This document shows positions 1 through 10,228 of a stretch of 64,000 nt of DNA, one piece after another. The stretch spans positions 248,001 through 312,000 of IMG/VR virus record IMGVR_UViG_3300042391_000634; one strand, 5' to 3'. How positions within the stretch are numbered: the stretch's first letter is position 1; every line of letters begins with the position of its first letter. The notes beneath the pieces are model-generated. The model ran no database searches, had not been told where the DNA came from, and worked only from the letters and a program-made list of their open reading frames with translations. The translations under genes and the position numbers were made by a program.

Positions 1-1
1 T

Positions 2-574
2 ATTTACGATATTGCAGGTAGTAATTACACGGGTTCTTTAATCAATAGTCCAACATATTCAACAGGAAGTTTAACATTGAATGGTTCATCACAATATATT
101 AATATGAACGCTTCAGCTGTAGTACCTGGCGGTGCAAGTTCATATAGTGTATCTACTTGGGTATATAGAACAAGAAATGATGTTGGATACGAAGAAGTAT
201 TAGCTCAATGGACATATGCAAATTCAGGTAATTCATTCTATTTTGGTTTTAATAATAGTAATGTTAGATTTAGTGATACTTGGTATAATGTAACAGTTTC
301 AGGTGCTGGAACTATAAATACTTGGATGAATATTGTTGGAGTTAATTTCGGCGGGTCAAATGCTCATATTTACATAAATGGAAATTTGATGGCGGTCAAG
401 GGTTCTGCATTAACATATACAGGAACTGCAAATATGATTATAGGTAGGCAGGGTGAGTTAGATGGAGAATATTTTTCAGGTAAAATTGGTCAAATATTAA
501 TATACAATAAGGCTTTAAATAAAGCTGAAATTTTAAATAATTACTATTCAACTAAATCTAGATTTGGATTATAA
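2..574 (+). CDS. LamG/concanavalin A-like domain protein (5'-truncated by window edge), probable virion protein
   Basis: Frame open from nt 2; LamG motifs 'WMNIVGV..IYING','IIGR..YFSGKIGQILIYNKAL..EI..NY'; ends KSRFGL like paralog at 1188. Confidence 0.8.
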   Translation: MYDIAGSNYTGSLINSPTYSTGSLTLNGSSQYINMNASAVVPGGASSYSVSTWVYRTRNDVGYEEVLAQWTYANSGNSFYFGFNNSNVRFSDTWYNVTVSGAGTINTWMNIVGVNFGGSNAHIYINGNLMAVKGSALTYTGTANMIIGRQGELDGEYFSGKIGQILIYNKALNKAEILNNYYSTKSRFGL

Positions 575-586
575 AATAAAATAACT

Positions 587-1183
587 ATGGGATTTAATAT
601 AGGAGGTTCTACTTTATCGTCATCAATGTTAACACCGGATGGTGTTATATTACCAAAAAACTTTAAAAGAGTTACAAGTGATATGATTGATAGTGTAGTT
701 AACACAAACTGTACACTTTTATCACAAGGAAATGATAGTACCGGTGGATATGCAATTTCATATCAATTTAATTTAGGTGGATGTGGTGGTACTGAATCTG
801 GTTTATATGTTAAAATAAAAAACACAATTACTTGGTCAAGAATATTTTGTAAATTTACAAATGAAGGTAGTGCCGCATGTTGGACATTTAATCAAAATGG
901 TTATGGTGGACTATCACCTAACTTAGCATCTTATAATACTGGATTAGGTGACATTATATTTCGTTGGGATGCATCAAATGCATTTGAAAATACACAATTT
1001 AATGTACAAACTGGCGCATGTGATAATGAGGCTACAAATTTTATGAGATTCAGTGGTGTCAAATCTTTTTATATGTTTATGAGAAGAAATGATAGTAATA
1101 TTGCCGGAATCGGTCACGGTAGATCTTGTAATTCTACCGGCGGAGGATCTTATTGTACAATATCAGAAATTTATATAATATAA
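587..1183 (+). CDS. Hypothetical Gly/Ser/Cys-rich protein, likely virion-associated
   Basis: 198 aa ORF between two LamG genes; no family recognised. Confidence 0.5.
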   Translation: MGFNIGGSTLSSSMLTPDGVILPKNFKRVTSDMIDSVVNTNCTLLSQGNDSTGGYAISYQFNLGGCGGTESGLYVKIKNTITWSRIFCKFTNEGSAACWTFNQNGYGGLSPNLASYNTGLGDIIFRWDASNAFENTQFNVQTGACDNEATNFMRFSGVKSFYMFMRRNDSNIAGIGHGRSCNSTGGGSYCTISEIYII

Positions 1184-1187
1184 CATT

Positions 1188-1964
1188 ATGCCATTAGATT
1201 TAACAGGAAATAAATTAAATAGTACTTCAATAGGCCCCAAAGGTGAAGTTTTAAAACAAATCTCATCTGATGGTCTGATATTTCATGTTGATGCTGCAAA
1301 TAAAAATTCTTATTTAGGTTCGGGGTCAACATGGGTTGATTTAAGTGGTAACAATAATAATGGTACATTATATAACTCACCAACCTTTGCTTCAAATGAT
1401 GCAATTGGTAATTTAGCATTTAATGGATCAAATCAATACATGCAAGCAAATATCTCATCAACACTATTAAATGGTGATCCAAATTTTACAATTGAAATGT
1501 TTGTAAAAAGAACAGCAACATTAGTCGGTACGGCAGGTGCTTATTGGGGATTGGGACAAGGAGGAACACAAGGATTTGCAGTACAAGGATGGACACCTAC
1601 AGATAATAGAATACATATGGATTTATGGGATTCATCAAGAGTTGATACTCAACAAGATTATCCATTAAACACTTGGGTTCATATTGTTTGGTCTAAAATA
1701 GGTACGGGTATTAGTCCTAGTACGGTTAATTGTTTTATAAATGGTGTTGCGGCAAGTTGTATATCAGGTAGAGAACAAACATCAGGACCAAACTATCCAA
1801 CATCGACCGCAGGTAATGGTATTGCAATTGGAAGAATTGCCGGTAATTACGATGGATACTATGGACAAATGAAAATGGGTGTTTTTAGAGTGTACACAAG
1901 AGGTATATCATTAAAAGAAGCGGCACAAAATTTTAATAGTCAAAAATCAAGGTTTGGTTTATAG
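1188..1964 (+). CDS. LamG/concanavalin A-like domain protein
   Basis: 'GLIFHVDAANKNSY.GSGSTWVDLSGNNNNGTL..P' N-terminus typical of phage LamG proteins; 'RVYTRGIS..E..QNFN'. Confidence 0.8.
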   Translation: MPLDLTGNKLNSTSIGPKGEVLKQISSDGLIFHVDAANKNSYLGSGSTWVDLSGNNNNGTLYNSPTFASNDAIGNLAFNGSNQYMQANISSTLLNGDPNFTIEMFVKRTATLVGTAGAYWGLGQGGTQGFAVQGWTPTDNRIHMDLWDSSRVDTQQDYPLNTWVHIVWSKIGTGISPSTVNCFINGVAASCISGREQTSGPNYPTSTAGNGIAIGRIAGNYDGYYGQMKMGVFRVYTRGISLKEAAQNFNSQKSRFGL

Positions 1965-1984
1965 AAATATTTTTCTTATATTAT
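1953..1984 (+). promoter_or_regulatory. Putative Bacteroidota-type promoter (TTTG-N20-TATATTAT)
   Basis: TTTG 1953-1956, TATATTAT 1977-1984, ATG at 1989; same layout recurs at four other operon starts. Confidence 0.5.
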
Positions 1985-1988
1985 CTTA

Positions 1989-2720
1989 ATGATTACCAAT
2001 CAAGATTTCATAACAGGAAATATCACAACAAATGCTGGTGACTCAGTCCCTTATAGATGGACACACGGTGCAACGACAGAACATATGGGTGATGGTCTTA
2101 TTGTCTATTCACTGATACAACATATGAGAGCAAAAACGTGTGTCTGTATCGGGTCGGGAGGTGGGTTTATACCCCGTATTATGACACAAGCAAGATTGGA
2201 TTTACACAAACAAGGAATATTTGAAGGTAATCCAGATATTAATTGGGGAGACATTGGTGTAACATATATCGTTGACGCATGTAACGGTATTGGAGGTCCA
2301 AATGATTTAGAGGATGAAAACTCATACTATCACAAACAATTCCAACCACGATTAATTAAATCAACATCAGAAGATGCCTACTATAATTTCTTTGTTCTAC
2401 AAGATATAAAGATAGATGTTTTATTTATTGATGGTGATCACTCATATGATGGAGTTAAGTTGGATTTTGATTTGTATTCAAATATTTTATCAGATAAAGG
2501 AATTATTATTATACACGATACCGATCCAAATTACGAGGAAAATCTATTAATATCGGAAGATTCAAAAAAAGACCATCACAGATTCGACGGACCATCAAAA
2601 TTAGTTAAAGAATTAGAAAAAAACCCATCATATAATTTGATTAATTTATATAATTTTCATATATTACCTAATAAACCATCATCAAGTGGTATAACGGTAA
2701 TTAATAAGAAAAATGGTTAA
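1989..2720 (+). CDS. Class I SAM-dependent methyltransferase (Methyltransf_24-like)
   Basis: 'CIGSGGG' motif I; 'IDVLFIDGDHSYDGVKLDF..Y...L...GIIIIHD'. Confidence 0.8.
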   Translation: MITNQDFITGNITTNAGDSVPYRWTHGATTEHMGDGLIVYSLIQHMRAKTCVCIGSGGGFIPRIMTQARLDLHKQGIFEGNPDINWGDIGVTYIVDACNGIGGPNDLEDENSYYHKQFQPRLIKSTSEDAYYNFFVLQDIKIDVLFIDGDHSYDGVKLDFDLYSNILSDKGIIIIHDTDPNYEENLLISEDSKKDHHRFDGPSKLVKELEKNPSYNLINLYNFHILPNKPSSSGITVINKKNG

Positions 2721-3570
2721 ATTATTAACAGTCATAGGTCACGGAACAAATTTACTTTCACATTTCATTGAACATTATCAAAAACATGTTGATGAAATTA
2801 ATATTGCTGTTTATGAAACAGAATTACATCCAAATTTAACAGAAGAAATTAATGAAGTAATTAAAAACTACGAAAAAGTTAATGTTGTTATAACCGTTCA
2901 AGAAAGAGTATTTGATTGGGAAAAAGTAACACAACTTTATAATTTTGTTAAATCAAAACGAAAAGATAGTTGGTATGTTATTGCCGATATTGATGAATTT
3001 CATTTATATCCTAATGACGATTTACATAAATTAATATACGACTGCCAAGAAAATAATTGGGACATTGTAAGAGGTGGTTTTATTGATAGAATTGGTAGAG
3101 GAGGTGAATTTAGTGAATTAGTTAACGATGTATCTATATGGGAACAATTCCCAAATGCGGGGTTCTTTAGATATCCAATGAGTAAAGCATGTCCAAATAA
3201 GATTTGTATTATGAAAGGATATGTTGATGTGACGGCAGGACAACATTATGCTAAAATTAATGACCACACAACATGGAGATGGCAAGGGTGGAGCCATCCA
3301 TTGATTGCACCAATCAAAACACACTCAGTACAAGTTCATCACTTCAAATGGGATTCAACATCAATAGATAGAGTATCAGATGTTGCAAACCTAAATGAAG
3401 ATTATGCGTTTTCAAGTGAATATTTTCAAATGTATAAAGAATTAAAGAAGACAAATTTTAAAATAGATTTATTAAATCCTGATTTTATGTTTGAATTAGG
3501 ATTAAATAAACCCGAATATAACCGTTATAAAAATTGGAATAAATTAATTAAAAAAATCATATCAATATGA
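2713..3570 (+). CDS. GT-A fold glycosyltransferase (GT2-like)
   Basis: 'FIEHY', 'WYVIADIDEF' DxD motif, 'HHFKW'. Confidence 0.7.
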   Translation: MVKLLTVIGHGTNLLSHFIEHYQKHVDEINIAVYETELHPNLTEEINEVIKNYEKVNVVITVQERVFDWEKVTQLYNFVKSKRKDSWYVIADIDEFHLYPNDDLHKLIYDCQENNWDIVRGGFIDRIGRGGEFSELVNDVSIWEQFPNAGFFRYPMSKACPNKICIMKGYVDVTAGQHYAKINDHTTWRWQGWSHPLIAPIKTHSVQVHHFKWDSTSIDRVSDVANLNEDYAFSSEYFQMYKELKKTNFKIDLLNPDFMFELGLNKPEYNRYKNWNKLIKKIISI

Positions 3571-3821
3571 CAAAGGAAGAAAAAGATAAAATTGAACTTG
3601 AACTTGAAACACGTAAAATCAAGGCATTAGAAAAAATTGCAAATTCATTAGATGCACTAACTGTGTGGTTTGAGGAAATAGATAAAGATGAATGGGGAAA
3701 TAGGGTCCAATATTATTTAGCTGAATTTCATAATAAAATAGTGAAAGAAATTCCATTTAAAGAAGAAGAGGAAGAAGAAATTAAAACTGACGATAAGAAA
3801 GTAAAGAAAAATGCGAAATAA
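3567..3821 (+). CDS. Hypothetical charged protein
   Basis: 84 aa ORF overlapping both neighbours. Confidence 0.5.
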   Translation: MTKEEKDKIELELETRKIKALEKIANSLDALTVWFEEIDKDEWGNRVQYYLAEFHNKIVKEIPFKEEEEEEIKTDDKKVKKNAK

Positions 3822-5226
3822 AAAAATCGGAGTAGTTGTTCCATTTAGAAATAGATACGACCAACTTGACATTTTTAAAGAGAGAATTACAAAATATCTT
3901 AGTGAAAAGAACATTTCATATGAAATTATCATAGTTGAACAAGATGATGCTAAATTGTTCAATAGAGGAATGTTATTGAATATAGGATTTACTTATGCTG
4001 AGAAACTTAAATGTAAGTATGTTGTTTTTCATGATATAGATATGTTACCGATTGATGTAGATTATGGTTATAGTACCACCCCATTACATTTGGCCACTAA
4101 TTTCTTAAACAATGAAAGGGAATTATTCGATACCTATTTTGGTGGAGTTACAATGTTTAATGTTAAAGATTTTAAAAAAATAAATGGGTATTCAAACAAA
4201 TATTGGGGTTGGGGATATGAAGATGATGATTTACTTTTAAGATGTGTCGTTAATGATTTAGATTTAGATACATTAATTTTAAAAAACGTAGGAACAAATG
4301 GAACGGCATTAAAATTTAACGGTAACGATGCGTATGTTAAAGGAATTAATAATTTTAATTTAAATAATAATATTACATTTTTTATTTCATTTTATCCTGA
4401 TAATATTAAATGTAATTATATTGACGATTCGGATCAATATAATATATTCACAATACCTGGTTATGACTTCGCCATATCATATAATTCATTTTCAAGATAT
4501 AATTTCTGTACGTTTGATGAAAATAATAACGTATTATATGTTAATTCTAAAATAAAGAAAAATTATAAAACAAACATTTCAATAACAATTAACAATACCG
4601 AAAAAATAATTAAAGTTTATCAAGATGGGGAATTAATTGGTAAAATTGAATCATTTGAGAAACTTCATCAATATAAAAAGCAACCATTTTTTTATATTGG
4701 AACAAGTGACCCAAATAATGAGTTAAATCCTAAATATTTTAAGGGATATTTTGATTCTTTGGCGGTGTATGATACTGTTTTAGAGGATGATGAAATATTA
4801 GAAATTTCACAAAATAAGTATAGAGGATTATTACAAAATTTTGGAAATTATAACTCTGCTGACCTTATTAAATTATATTATGACACTAAGATAATAAAAG
4901 GTTATAAATTAAAAGATTTATCAGGAAATAATAATGATGGTGAAATCATTAATTGTGAAATTACAGACTTAATAGTAGATAGTATATACGAATTATATGT
5001 TCCACATAGGAGAAAATCTCTATTTGAAAGTTTACCTCACGAAGAAAATGGATTTTTAGATAACAAATGGAAAGATCAATCTACTAGATGGAATCAACTA
5101 CGATTTATAAATGAAGTATCTACAAATCACGAATTATTATATAACGATGGATTATCAGATTTAAATTTTGCAGAACACGGAATAACAAACGAAAATAACA
5201 TAACATTTGTAACAGTTGGAATATGA
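3811..5226 (+). CDS. GT7 (beta-1,4-galactosyltransferase-like) with inserted LamG domain
   Basis: 'VPFRNR','FNRGMLLNIG','FHDIDMLP','YFGGV','NGYSNKYWGWGYEDDD'; LamG segment about 4291-4960; GT7 tail 'H..N..RF..DGLSDL'. Confidence 0.85.
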   Translation: MRNKKIGVVVPFRNRYDQLDIFKERITKYLSEKNISYEIIIVEQDDAKLFNRGMLLNIGFTYAEKLKCKYVVFHDIDMLPIDVDYGYSTTPLHLATNFLNNERELFDTYFGGVTMFNVKDFKKINGYSNKYWGWGYEDDDLLLRCVVNDLDLDTLILKNVGTNGTALKFNGNDAYVKGINNFNLNNNITFFISFYPDNIKCNYIDDSDQYNIFTIPGYDFAISYNSFSRYNFCTFDENNNVLYVNSKIKKNYKTNISITINNTEKIIKVYQDGELIGKIESFEKLHQYKKQPFFYIGTSDPNNELNPKYFKGYFDSLAVYDTVLEDDEILEISQNKYRGLLQNFGNYNSADLIKLYYDTKIIKGYKLKDLSGNNNDGEIINCEITDLIVDSIYELYVPHRRKSLFESLPHEENGFLDNKWKDQSTRWNQLRFINEVSTNHELLYNDGLSDLNFAEHGITNENNITFVTVGI

Positions 5227-6656
5227 GTCATAAATTAGGTATTTGTATACCGTACAGAAATAGAAAGGAACACATTGAGAATTTGATACCACATTTATCA
5301 AAATATTTAAATGAAAAAGGAATAGAACATAAATTTTATGTTGGACATCAAGTTGATGATAAATTATTTAATAGAGGTGCAACAAAAAACATTGCAGCAC
5401 ATTATGCGTTTGAAGATGGTTGTGATTATGTAGCTTGGCACGACGTGGATATGTTAGCAATTGATAAAGATAATTTAATTTGTGATTACTCCTATCCTGA
5501 AAAATCACCAATTCACATTGCAACCAAATTATCAAAATATAACTACACACTAGGGTATGATCAATACTTTGGAGGTGTTGTTTTATTTACCAAAGAACAA
5601 GCGTATCAAACCAATGGTTATTCAAACGAATATTGGGATTGGGGTCAAGAAGATGATGATCTTTTTTGGAGGTGTTATTTTGAGGGTTATAAAGATGGTA
5701 AGATTTTTAAATCACATAAAGAAAAATCGGTTGTAAATTTTAATGGAGACGATTCATTAGTGGTTATACCAACAAACGAAAAGATAAGTAAATGTTTATC
5801 TGGTAATCATACTATTTCTGTATTATTTAAAGCAGAACAACAACAAGAGAAAGTGCCTATTTGGTTGGTTGGTGACAAAGAAAAGAAATTTATTGAATAC
5901 CCAATATTAAGAAAACACGAATCTTGGACATGGGGGTTATCCTTTAATAATTCAAGGACGGTTAACATGACAGTTTTTGATAAAAACGAAAATTATCATA
6001 ATAATTGGGTTAAGAAATTTGAAAATGAATGGACGTGGGTAACAGTTTCATTTGATAATAAAACAAAAGAAATGTATTTCTTTGTTAACAATGAATTGGT
6101 TACTAACGTAAACGATGTTAAAGAGAATAAACCATTCATGGTCGGAGAAAACCTTAAAAAACATGATAACACCAATCCATTTATATTAGGGTTTTGTAGT
6201 AATCAAAAAACATATTTTAAAGGTCAAATTGCTGAAGTTAAAATATATGACAAGTGTTATAAAAATATAAAAACGTCGATTAGTAAAGAAAAAAGTTTAG
6301 TTTTACATATGGATTTTGAGAATGGTTATTTAGATATAATAAATAACATAATATGTGAAAATCTTAATACTGAAATTACTAAAGAAAATATTGAAGTTAT
6401 TGATAATATAATCCCAATAAGAAGAGAAGGTAATTTTAATTGTATGTTCCATGAAGATGAAGGATTTATTAATGGTGAATGGAAAAAGGGAGAGACGACG
6501 GCAAGAAATGAAAAAAGATTTGTTACTGAAATGCAACAAAAGAAGATAGATTATAAAGAAGACGGATTAAATAAAATATTAGAAGTATTGGATATTATTA
6601 ATGTTGATGAAACAATATACCCAAATACAATGTTTATAAATGTTAAAACAAAATAG
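5223..6656 (+). CDS. GT7 paralog with inserted LamG domain
   Basis: 'IPYRNR','FNRGATKN','WHDVDML','YFGGV','NGYSNEYWDWGQEDDD'; LamG segment about 5730-6360; tail 'RNEKRF..DGLN'. Confidence 0.85.
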   Translation: MSHKLGICIPYRNRKEHIENLIPHLSKYLNEKGIEHKFYVGHQVDDKLFNRGATKNIAAHYAFEDGCDYVAWHDVDMLAIDKDNLICDYSYPEKSPIHIATKLSKYNYTLGYDQYFGGVVLFTKEQAYQTNGYSNEYWDWGQEDDDLFWRCYFEGYKDGKIFKSHKEKSVVNFNGDDSLVVIPTNEKISKCLSGNHTISVLFKAEQQQEKVPIWLVGDKEKKFIEYPILRKHESWTWGLSFNNSRTVNMTVFDKNENYHNNWVKKFENEWTWVTVSFDNKTKEMYFFVNNELVTNVNDVKENKPFMVGENLKKHDNTNPFILGFCSNQKTYFKGQIAEVKIYDKCYKNIKTSISKEKSLVLHMDFENGYLDIINNIICENLNTEITKENIEVIDNIIPIRREGNFNCMFHEDEGFINGEWKKGETTARNEKRFVTEMQQKKIDYKEDGLNKILEVLDIINVDETIYPNTMFINVKTK

Positions 6657-6657
6657 A

Positions 6658-9462
6658 ATGTTTTTAGAATACGAAAAACCATGGTTATTAGAGTTACCAA
6701 ATATTAATAGCGATAAAATAAATCCATTATTAACGGAAAGCACAACGTTAACAATAGAATTTAAAGTAGATAAATTTCACGATGATAGTGAAAAAATTGG
6801 ATTCTTTGGGATGCCAGGTAAAAACTTTGGTATTAGTTACGATTTTGAGGTCGAGACATTTGTATTTGAATTTTGGACAAAGGGAAATAAAGGAAAAGAC
6901 ACTTTTCATTGTTACAAAGATTTTCATATTAATAGAAACGACATTGAAAATGGTATAGTGTTTACTTTAATATATGATAAAGAAAATTTAAAGTTTGAGT
7001 TATATCATAATTTTTATTTATTTTTTGAAATTGAATTAGACGGTCCATTATTTGAAGATTACTTAACCCAACCGTTATATATGGGTTGCCACAATCCCGA
7101 TGCTGACAATGAAAGACATAGATGTTTTACTGAAATGGACGTACTTCATTTTAGTATTTTTAATGGAGTAAATGATATACTTGAAATTGAAAAATTCTAT
7201 AACAATAGTAAAATAAAAAACGATAATTTATCATGTTATTTTGATTTTAAGGAAAAATATTTAGTTCATAAAGAAGATATGGAATATAATATTATCCAAA
7301 ATCAAAAAGACAAACTTATCAAGATTTCATTAAGTGATTTAAATAGTAGTGTTGCTGACAGAATTAAACATAAGAAAATAAGGGTGCCGGGTTTAAAGAT
7401 AGAACACCAAAAACCTTTTATCTTAAAAACAAAAGAATTACAAAACATATTAACCAATAAAAGTTATTCACTTAACATTACTTTTAAAGTTGAAAGACAA
7501 TATACTCAAGATCAAAAAATAGGATTCTTTGGTATACCAGGTAAAAACTTCGGTATTAGTTTTGACTATGAAGTGGAAAAATTTGTTTTTGAATATTGGA
7601 CACAAAAAAATGAAACAGACACCCAATTTCATTGTCATAAAGATTATAAGATAAATCAAAATAATTTACATAATGGTTTAACGATTTCAATTATATATGA
7701 AAAAAATTCATATTTTGAATTATACCACAATTATAATTTAATTGATAGAATTGAAGTAACCGATGATTTATTATTTGATTATGATTTACAACCTTTATAT
7801 TTCGGTTGCCACAATCCAAGCTCTTTATTGGAAAGTCATAGATGTTTTACTGAAATGGAATTAAATCATTTTAGTGTTTATGAGGGGGTTATGGACATTA
7901 AAGACATTGAAAAAAATATTAAATCCGATAACCTATTAACACATTTTAATTTTAAAAGGACTGAAGACAATGAGATTTTTGATAGTATTAATAAAGAAGC
8001 CTCAATTGAAATGGTAGATCTTTTATCGTTCAAAAAAATGGTCGATTTTAATCAAATGAAAGATAAGTTAAATAAAGTCGGTTGTGGATTTTGTTTAGCT
8101 AAATGGACACAAGTAACAATGCACTTACATAATGGTACAACACATAGTTGTCACCATCCTGAACCACACAAGATAGGTTTAGATGAGATTAAAAGAAATC
8201 CAACATCGTTACATAATAGTGTAGTTAAAAAACAAGCAAGAAAAGAAATGTTAGAAGGTAAACGACCTTCAGAATGTCAATATTGTTGGAATGTTGAAGA
8301 TAATTCAGATTCTTTTTCTGATAGATTTTTTAAATCATCAGAACCGTGGTCTGAACCTTATTTTGATGAGATTGCTAATTCACATTGGAGAGATAACTAT
8401 AATCCAAAATATGCTGAAGTTAGTTTTTCTAATACGTGTAATTTTAAATGTGCGTATTGTGGTCCCGAATATTCTTCTAAGTGGATGGAAGAAATAAATG
8501 AATACGGTGGATATAGTTTAGAGACACACGAATATAATGGGACAAAAAGAATGGAGGATAGAGGAACTAAACCATATAGACAAACCGAAGAAAATCCATA
8601 CGTCGAGGCGTTTTGGCAATGGTTCCCTGAATTATACTCAACGTTAGATACTTTTAGAATAACAGGAGGAGAACCTTTACTATCTAAAGACACATGGAAA
8701 GTATTGGATTATATTATCGAATCTGAAACACCTAATAAAGAATTAAAATTATCAATCAATAGTAATTTGGGGGTTAACGATGAATTGATAGATAGATTAA
8801 TATTGAAACTTGAAAAAATAATATCAGAAGATAGAGTCAAAGAAGTTGTAATATTCACATCATGTGAGGGTTACGGTAAACAAGCCGAATACACAAGATT
8901 TGGATTAGAATTTGATAGATTATTTTCAAACATTGATAAGATATTAACAGTATTAGATAAAGTAACAATTGTTGTAATGTCAACCTTCAATGTGTTCAGT
9001 ATATTCTCTTATGAGAAATTAATTAAAAAGATATACGAATATAAAATTAAACATTTCAACACTAAGAGGTATTGGAACTCAGCAATAATTTTAGACACAT
9101 CATATCTTCGTCACCCATCTTTTATGACATTTAGAATATTAAAAGATTATATAGATGTTGAATATTTTAATAGGTGGATTAAATACATGAAGTTTAACTC
9201 AACATACAGAAGTCTAAATTTCTATGAACAACAAACAATTGAAGACGTAGGATTCTCAACACAAGAAATAGAAAAGATTGTAAGATTAAGAGATATATTT
9301 GTAACAGACTACGAAACTGAAATGAGTTTATTTGATGATAATAAAAAAGATTTCTTGAAATTCATAAAAGAATATGAAGTAAGAAGAGGTATGAACTGCC
9401 AAGAATACTATCCTGAATTAACTAACTTTATTAAAAAAATAGAAAATGACAATAAATTATAG
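6658..9462 (+). CDS. Radical SAM protein (N-terminal twitch type) fused to two LamG-like repeats
   Basis: Two repeats 'KIGFFG.PGKNFGIS.D.EVE.FVFE.WT'; 'CGFCLAKW..HSCHH','CQYCW'; CNFKCAYC; 'ITGGEP'. Start moved to ATG 6658 after upstream stop. Confidence 0.85.
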   Translation: MFLEYEKPWLLELPNINSDKINPLLTESTTLTIEFKVDKFHDDSEKIGFFGMPGKNFGISYDFEVETFVFEFWTKGNKGKDTFHCYKDFHINRNDIENGIVFTLIYDKENLKFELYHNFYLFFEIELDGPLFEDYLTQPLYMGCHNPDADNERHRCFTEMDVLHFSIFNGVNDILEIEKFYNNSKIKNDNLSCYFDFKEKYLVHKEDMEYNIIQNQKDKLIKISLSDLNSSVADRIKHKKIRVPGLKIEHQKPFILKTKELQNILTNKSYSLNITFKVERQYTQDQKIGFFGIPGKNFGISFDYEVEKFVFEYWTQKNETDTQFHCHKDYKINQNNLHNGLTISIIYEKNSYFELYHNYNLIDRIEVTDDLLFDYDLQPLYFGCHNPSSLLESHRCFTEMELNHFSVYEGVMDIKDIEKNIKSDNLLTHFNFKRTEDNEIFDSINKEASIEMVDLLSFKKMVDFNQMKDKLNKVGCGFCLAKWTQVTMHLHNGTTHSCHHPEPHKIGLDEIKRNPTSLHNSVVKKQARKEMLEGKRPSECQYCWNVEDNSDSFSDRFFKSSEPWSEPYFDEIANSHWRDNYNPKYAEVSFSNTCNFKCAYCGPEYSSKWMEEINEYGGYSLETHEYNGTKRMEDRGTKPYRQTEENPYVEAFWQWFPELYSTLDTFRITGGEPLLSKDTWKVLDYIIESETPNKELKLSINSNLGVNDELIDRLILKLEKIISEDRVKEVVIFTSCEGYGKQAEYTRFGLEFDRLFSNIDKILTVLDKVTIVVMSTFNVFSIFSYEKLIKKIYEYKIKHFNTKRYWNSAIILDTSYLRHPSFMTFRILKDYIDVEYFNRWIKYMKFNSTYRSLNFYEQQTIEDVGFSTQEIEKIVRLRDIFVTDYETEMSLFDDNKKDFLKFIKEYEVRRGMNCQEYYPELTNFIKKIENDNKL

Positions 9463-10183
9463 AGAACCGTATTGGTTAAAGTTTCAATGGGACTTATCTA
9501 CACATCATGAAAATCAATATGTAACTGAATTCAATAAATCTGAAAATCTATCATTAACTGATTTTTTTTACAACGAAAATTTTATTATTACATGTAATTT
9601 TAAAATAGAAGATAACTATGAGGGTGAGGATGTTCGTATGATATTTGGTAAATCAGGTAAAAATATGGGATTAAGGTATAATAAACCACAAAGGGAGTTG
9701 TGTTTTGAATTTTGGACGACTACTGAATCTGAAGATTGTTATAATAATGTTTTATTTCCATCGGTAACTAAAGAAGATATTGAAAAAGGAATAACTGTTA
9801 GTGTTATTAGAGATGAAAACAGAATAACCGTTTATAAAAATTTTGTTGAGGATAATCATATTGATTTTGACAATGAGTTTGTTAATGATTATAAAAGACC
9901 TGGTTTATTTATCGGTTGTTGCAGTCCAAGTCCACATCCAAACACATTCGGAGGTTTTACTAAAATAGAAATGAATCATTTTTCATTAATAAGTAAAACT
10001 TCAAACATTAAAGATTCTAAAAGTATATATGAAAAGGAAACCGATGTGATTTTAAAAAATAGATTTTATGATGATATCGTCTGTTTATATGACTTTAAAA
10101 CAGTTAATAATTTAGGTATAGTATACGATGAATCTAAAAATAGTAATTTCTTAGAAAAGGTACCAAAAGAATTTATTATATAA
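9446..10183 (+). CDS. Stand-alone copy of the LamG-like repeat domain
   Basis: 'IFGKSGKNMGL.Y','FEFWT','LFIGCCSP','EMNHFS','CLYDFK' match the repeats of the 6658 ORF. Confidence 0.65.
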   Translation: MTINYREPYWLKFQWDLSTHHENQYVTEFNKSENLSLTDFFYNENFIITCNFKIEDNYEGEDVRMIFGKSGKNMGLRYNKPQRELCFEFWTTTESEDCYNNVLFPSVTKEDIEKGITVSVIRDENRITVYKNFVEDNHIDFDNEFVNDYKRPGLFIGCCSPSPHPNTFGGFTKIEMNHFSLISKTSNIKDSKSIYEKETDVILKNRFYDDIVCLYDFKTVNNLGIVYDESKNSNFLEKVPKEFII

Positions 10184-10228
10184 TTTCATATGTCAATAAT
10201 AAAGTTTATATTATAAAAAAACACCAAT

